DNA of 64,000 nucleotides, taken from positions 1 to 64,000 of the forward strand of contig JAHFSY010000015.1 in NCBI GenBank assembly GCA_023269615.1, given 5' to 3'. This DNA comes from Verrucomicrobiota bacterium. Its GTDB lineage: Bacteria > Verrucomicrobiota > Verrucomicrobiia > JABWAM01. The notes under the pieces were generated by a model. That model made no database searches. It saw only the letters and a program-made list of their open reading frames with translations, and had not been told where the DNA came from. The translations under genes were made by a program, and so were the position numbers. The first letter of the stretch is position 1, and each line of letters starts with the position of its first letter. This document shows, piece after piece, positions 60,408 to 64,000 of this stretch.

Positions 60408-62123
60408 ATGTCCATGAGCAAAAAGCCTGCTGCCCACAAACCCGCGGGTGCGACTTGTACGCCCCCAACACGACCTCCGTGGGAGACGTATCCCGTCACG
60501 CCAGGGCTGGACGCCCGCTCCTTTCAGGTGCCGCCGGAGGGAATGAGCCTGGAACAGTATGGCCGGGCGCTCGATTCGCTGAAGAAATATCTGAAGGTGC
60601 AACAATCAAGATTCCTCGGCTACCAGGTCAACCAGAACCTTGACTATGCACGGGACCTCGCATCGCTGCTCGACATCCACGTCAACAACGTCGGTGACGC
60701 CTTCGGCAGCGGGAACTTGACGGTCAACACCAAGTTTTTGGAACGCCCGGTGCTCGATTACTATGCCTCGTTGTGGAACGCGAAGTGGCCGCATGATCCC
60801 AGCGACGGCGAGTCGTACTGGGGTTACATTCTCAGCATGGGATCGACCGAGGGCAATCTCTACGCCTTGTGGAACGCCCGTGAATATCTGTCCGGCAAGT
60901 TTCTCATTGAGGACGACGGGATCGGTGAGTCACCGCAGCGGGGACTCCGCCCGCGCCGCCTGCTTTACGTGCAGGGGAAGGCTCCCTCGGAGAACCCCAA
61001 CGCGTTCACACCCGTTGCCTTCTACTCGGAGGACACCCACTACTCACTCGTCAAGGACAGCATGGTTCTCGGCCTCAGCACTTTTTACGAGATGGGAACC
61101 ACCCGTTATCCTGACATGAATCCGCTGGCCCCCGGCAAACCCTGGCCGCACGAGGTGCCGTCGCAAGGTGGCGGCGCAGGGCCGGGGTCCATCGATATCA
61201 ATGCCCTGGTCACGCTGGTCGAGTTCTTTGCTTCCAAGGGCCATCCCGTGATCTGTTGTTTCAACCTGGGTTCCACCTTCAAAGGTGCCTACGACGACGT
61301 GGAGATGGCCGGCAAGGCGCTGATGCCGATCTTCGAAAAGCATGGCCTGCATGAGCGTGCGATCCATTGGGATCCACGAAATCCAAAGAAGCATCATCTG
61401 CGCAAGGGCTACTGGATCCACGTGGACGGCGCGCTCGGAGCGTCCTACATGCCGTTCATCGAGATGGCTTTTAATCGAGGTCTTATCGCGCAGCGCGGTC
61501 CTGCGTTCGACTTCCGCCTGCCGTTCGTGAGTTCCATGGTAACCAGCGGACACAAGTGGATCGGCGCCCCGTGGCCCTGCGGCATCTTCATCACGAAGAC
61601 AAAGTACCAGATGCGGCCACCGGACAACCCCGCCTACATCGGATCACCCGACACGACTTTCGCAGGCTCGCGCAACGGCCTTTCCGCCGCCATCCTGTGG
61701 AGCCACATCGCCCGCACCTCGCACGAACAGCAGATGCGCAAAGCGCTGCTCACCGAGGAGATGGCGGCGTATGCCGTGACGCGCTTGCGCGACCTGCAAA
61801 AGAAGCTGGGCGAGGACCTGTGGGTCGAGCGCAGCCCACTGGCGCTGACCATCCGATTCAAGAAGGCGAATCCTGACATCGTTTTCAAATACTCCCTCAG
61901 CGGGGAGGCCTTGTATGTCAACGGCGAGCTGCGTGCCTACAATCACCTCTTCGCAATGGAAAGCACGACACGTGATCTCATTGACGAATTGATCACGGAT
62001 CTCTCCAAGCCGGGCGCGTTCCCGGCGCAGGACCCTCACCGCGAGACCCAGTCGAAAACCGCCGCCAGGCACGACGTCCATCGGCTCGTCCACTATCCCA
62101 CCCACGCGCGCGGGTTTCACTGA
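60408..62123 (+). CDS. PLP-dependent histidine decarboxylase homologue (group II decarboxylase, HdcA-like) with insertions
   Basis: Collinear motif matches to enterobacterial HDC: WGYILSMGSTEGNLYALWNAREY, SEDTHYSLVKD, HVDGALGASYMPFIE, SGHKWIGAPWPCGIF (PLP lysine), AGSRNGLSAAILW. It is about 190 aa longer than the classical roughly 380-aa enzyme. Confidence 0.7.
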   Translation: MSMSKKPAAHKPAGATCTPPTRPPWETYPVTPGLDARSFQVPPEGMSLEQYGRALDSLKKYLKVQQSRFLGYQVNQNLDYARDLASLLDIHVNNVGDAFGSGNLTVNTKFLERPVLDYYASLWNAKWPHDPSDGESYWGYILSMGSTEGNLYALWNAREYLSGKFLIEDDGIGESPQRGLRPRRLLYVQGKAPSENPNAFTPVAFYSEDTHYSLVKDSMVLGLSTFYEMGTTRYPDMNPLAPGKPWPHEVPSQGGGAGPGSIDINALVTLVEFFASKGHPVICCFNLGSTFKGAYDDVEMAGKALMPIFEKHGLHERAIHWDPRNPKKHHLRKGYWIHVDGALGASYMPFIEMAFNRGLIAQRGPAFDFRLPFVSSMVTSGHKWIGAPWPCGIFITKTKYQMRPPDNPAYIGSPDTTFAGSRNGLSAAILWSHIARTSHEQQMRKALLTEEMAAYAVTRLRDLQKKLGEDLWVERSPLALTIRFKKANPDIVFKYSLSGEALYVNGELRAYNHLFAMESTTRDLIDELITDLSKPGAFPAQDPHRETQSKTAARHDVHRLVHYPTHARGFH

Positions 62124-62186
62124 GGGCTCCGATCATGCCCGCCGCAGCCATTCAAATGCCCGACGGCGTGAAGGGAGTGGGCTGAT

Positions 62187-63584
62187 ATGAGCGCCCACTC
62201 TCCTTTCTCAGTCAAATCCCTGCAAGCCGTGCATCAGGAGGCGGTGGCTCGATCGGGGGGGCTCAAACCCTCACTCGGCGTCATCGACTTGATGGCCATC
62301 GGCATCGGGGCGACTGTTGGGGCCGGGATCTTCGTGCTGTCCGGTGTGGCGGCCCACGAGGCCGGGCCCGCCGTCGTGGTGTCCTTTTCCCTTGCTGCGT
62401 TGGCCTGTATCTTCACCGCGTTCGCTTATGCCGAGATGGGCGCGGCTTTGCCGGTGACGGGCAGCGCCTACGCCTATGTGTATGCCTCGCTGGGGGAGGT
62501 CATAGCCTGGATGGTGGGTTGGAACCTGTTTCTCGAATATGCGCTCGGCGCCAGTCTGGTGGCAAGCGGGTGGTCCGGCTACATGGCCGGTGTGCTCCGC
62601 GACCTGGGTGTGAACCTTCCCCCCTGGTGCGTGAACGATCCATCCGTGCCCGGAGGGCTCATCAATCTCCCGGCCATGCTGATTGTGCTCACCATGGCGT
62701 CCGTCGTTCTCCTCGGAATGCGGGAAAGCGCACGGGTTACGCGATGCATGGTCGCGCTCAAGCTCACGGCCGTCGCTGCGGTGATCATCGTGGGCGCCAC
62801 GCAGATTGAGCCGGCCAACTGGACGCCCTTTGTCCCCAACGGCTGGGGAAGCGTGTTCAAGGCCGCCGCTCTCGTCTTTCTGGCGTACGTCGGGTTCGAT
62901 GTGGTGACGTCGACGGCCGCGGAAGTGCGCAACCCGGGTCGCGATCTGCCGCGAGGCATCATCGGCTCACTCATCATCTGCACCATCCTGTACGCGCTGA
63001 TGTCGGGAGTCCTGACCGGCATGGTTCGCTACAATGCGATCGACGTCAAAAGTCCGATCACCAGTGCATTCAACGCGGCGCACCTGAACTTTATCGGCGG
63101 AGTGATCTCGGCCGGTGCACTGATCGGCATGGCCAGCGTGCTTCTGGCACTTCTCGTGGGACTCCCGCGAATCCTGCTGGCGATGGCACGGGATGGCCTC
63201 CTGCCAGCGTGGGCTGCCGTGATCCATCCCCGTACAGGCACCCCCGTCGCCACGACCCTGGCGGTTGCCATCGGCGTGTCACTCGCCACGGCATTCCTGC
63301 CCCTCACCGCACTGGCAAGCCTTTGTGGTGTCGGCACGCTGACTGCATTCAGCGCCGTATGCGCCTCCGTGGCGGTTCTGCGAAAGCGCGAACCCGACCT
63401 GCCCCGTCCTTTTCGTTTCCCCGGCCCATCATGGACCCCGTGGATCGGCTCGCTGGTCTGCCTGACGCTGCTCGCCCAGATCCTCCCGTCCATCTGGCTG
63501 CAACTGCTGATCTGGATGGCATCCGGTCTCGCGGTCTACGCTCTTTTTGGCTTCCGAAACAGCCGCATCGCCTGCACTCCATGA
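62187..63584 (+). CDS. APC-superfamily amino acid permease (candidate substrate/product antiporter)
   Basis: Twelve-TM topology. N-terminal LMAIGIGATVGAGIFVLSG consensus. Confidence 0.8.
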   Translation: MSAHSPFSVKSLQAVHQEAVARSGGLKPSLGVIDLMAIGIGATVGAGIFVLSGVAAHEAGPAVVVSFSLAALACIFTAFAYAEMGAALPVTGSAYAYVYASLGEVIAWMVGWNLFLEYALGASLVASGWSGYMAGVLRDLGVNLPPWCVNDPSVPGGLINLPAMLIVLTMASVVLLGMRESARVTRCMVALKLTAVAAVIIVGATQIEPANWTPFVPNGWGSVFKAAALVFLAYVGFDVVTSTAAEVRNPGRDLPRGIIGSLIICTILYALMSGVLTGMVRYNAIDVKSPITSAFNAAHLNFIGGVISAGALIGMASVLLALLVGLPRILLAMARDGLLPAWAAVIHPRTGTPVATTLAVAIGVSLATAFLPLTALASLCGVGTLTAFSAVCASVAVLRKREPDLPRPFRFPGPSWTPWIGSLVCLTLLAQILPSIWLQLLIWMASGLAVYALFGFRNSRIACTP

Positions 63585-63740
63585 TTCGAAGCCTGATCAT
63601 TTTTCTTTGTCTGGCGGGAGCCACGCATCGGGTGGGTGTTGAACCGCCCCGGTTGATGTGCAAAAAACTTCCCAACTTCGATCCGCCCGAATGGAAATCC
63701 GTGGAGGTTGATGAGAATAGCTAGACGCGGCTTGTCCTGT

Positions 63741-64000
63741 ATGATTATCACCAAGAAGAAACTTGTTGGCGGATCGGTTGCCGCAGCCATTGTTTTGGTT
63801 GTCTGGCTGGTTTTCAATCCGCCATGCAAATTTGGCTACTGCTGCTATGCATACACGACTTACAATGCCATGCCTCGTCCGCTTTCCGATTTGCAGATTC
63901 GCTGCGATGGAACCGTCCGAAAAATTCAGAAGACACACGCATTGACTTACGAGATGATCGAATGGCTTCTCGATCCACTGCCCGAGGTGCTCATCGTCGC
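63741..64000 (+). CDS. Hypothetical protein, 3' partial at window end (lower GC)
   Basis: Open frame from the ATG at 63741 to the window edge, with an N-terminal hydrophobic segment. No recognisable domain. Confidence 0.2.
   Translation, partial: MIITKKKLVGGSVAAAIVLVVWLVFNPPCKFGYCCYAYTTYNAMPRPLSDLQIRCDGTVRKIQKTHALTYEMIEWLLDPLPEVLIV

Noticed and set aside
63581-63724. 47-aa ORF overlapping the permease stop (ATGA)
   Set aside because: Too short with no conserved features. Possibly a real small lipoprotein-like peptide, but unsupported.
1-64000. CRISPR arrays, rRNA and tRNA genes
   Set aside because: No regularly spaced direct repeats with unique spacers are present. The tandem repeats here are contiguous 7-mers without spacers. 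No rRNA-like or cloverleaf-like segments were recognised in the intergenic regions. A covariance-model scan (tRNAscan/Infernal) would be needed to be certain.

Overview
The window is a high-GC (roughly 60%) bacterial chromosomal segment. Its content points to a PVC-superphylum, Verrucomicrobia-like genome: a DUF1800/DUF1501 pair, a prepilin-like H-X9-DG protein, and giant secreted TPR/beta-propeller/HEAT proteins. The housekeeping genes I can support are nrdA-nrdB-dcd, glgC, asd, mutL, a crtI-like desaturase with a DUF422 membrane partner, rpoN next to an NtrC-family sigma-54 activator, bioB, rplU-rpmA, an OYE flavoenzyme, a futalosine-type radical SAM enzyme and ABC transporters. Between these sit lower-GC accessory patches. 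One (about 6.2-8.1 kb) holds copies of a 160-bp MITE. Another carries a DUF3800 gene convergent with a 699-aa SPFH/flotillin-like gene and an orphan receiver. The window also contains a VapBC pair and a histidine-decarboxylase homologue next to an APC permease. The non-coding DNA contains at least three dispersed palindromic repeat families and many tandem heptanucleotide arrays. Three of those arrays lie inside the mutL linker and more sit in its promoter region. I found no rRNA, tRNA or CRISPR array. Gene starts are approximate in several places because the ORF track uses ATG/GTG/TTG starts, and long antisense shadow ORFs are common at this GC content.
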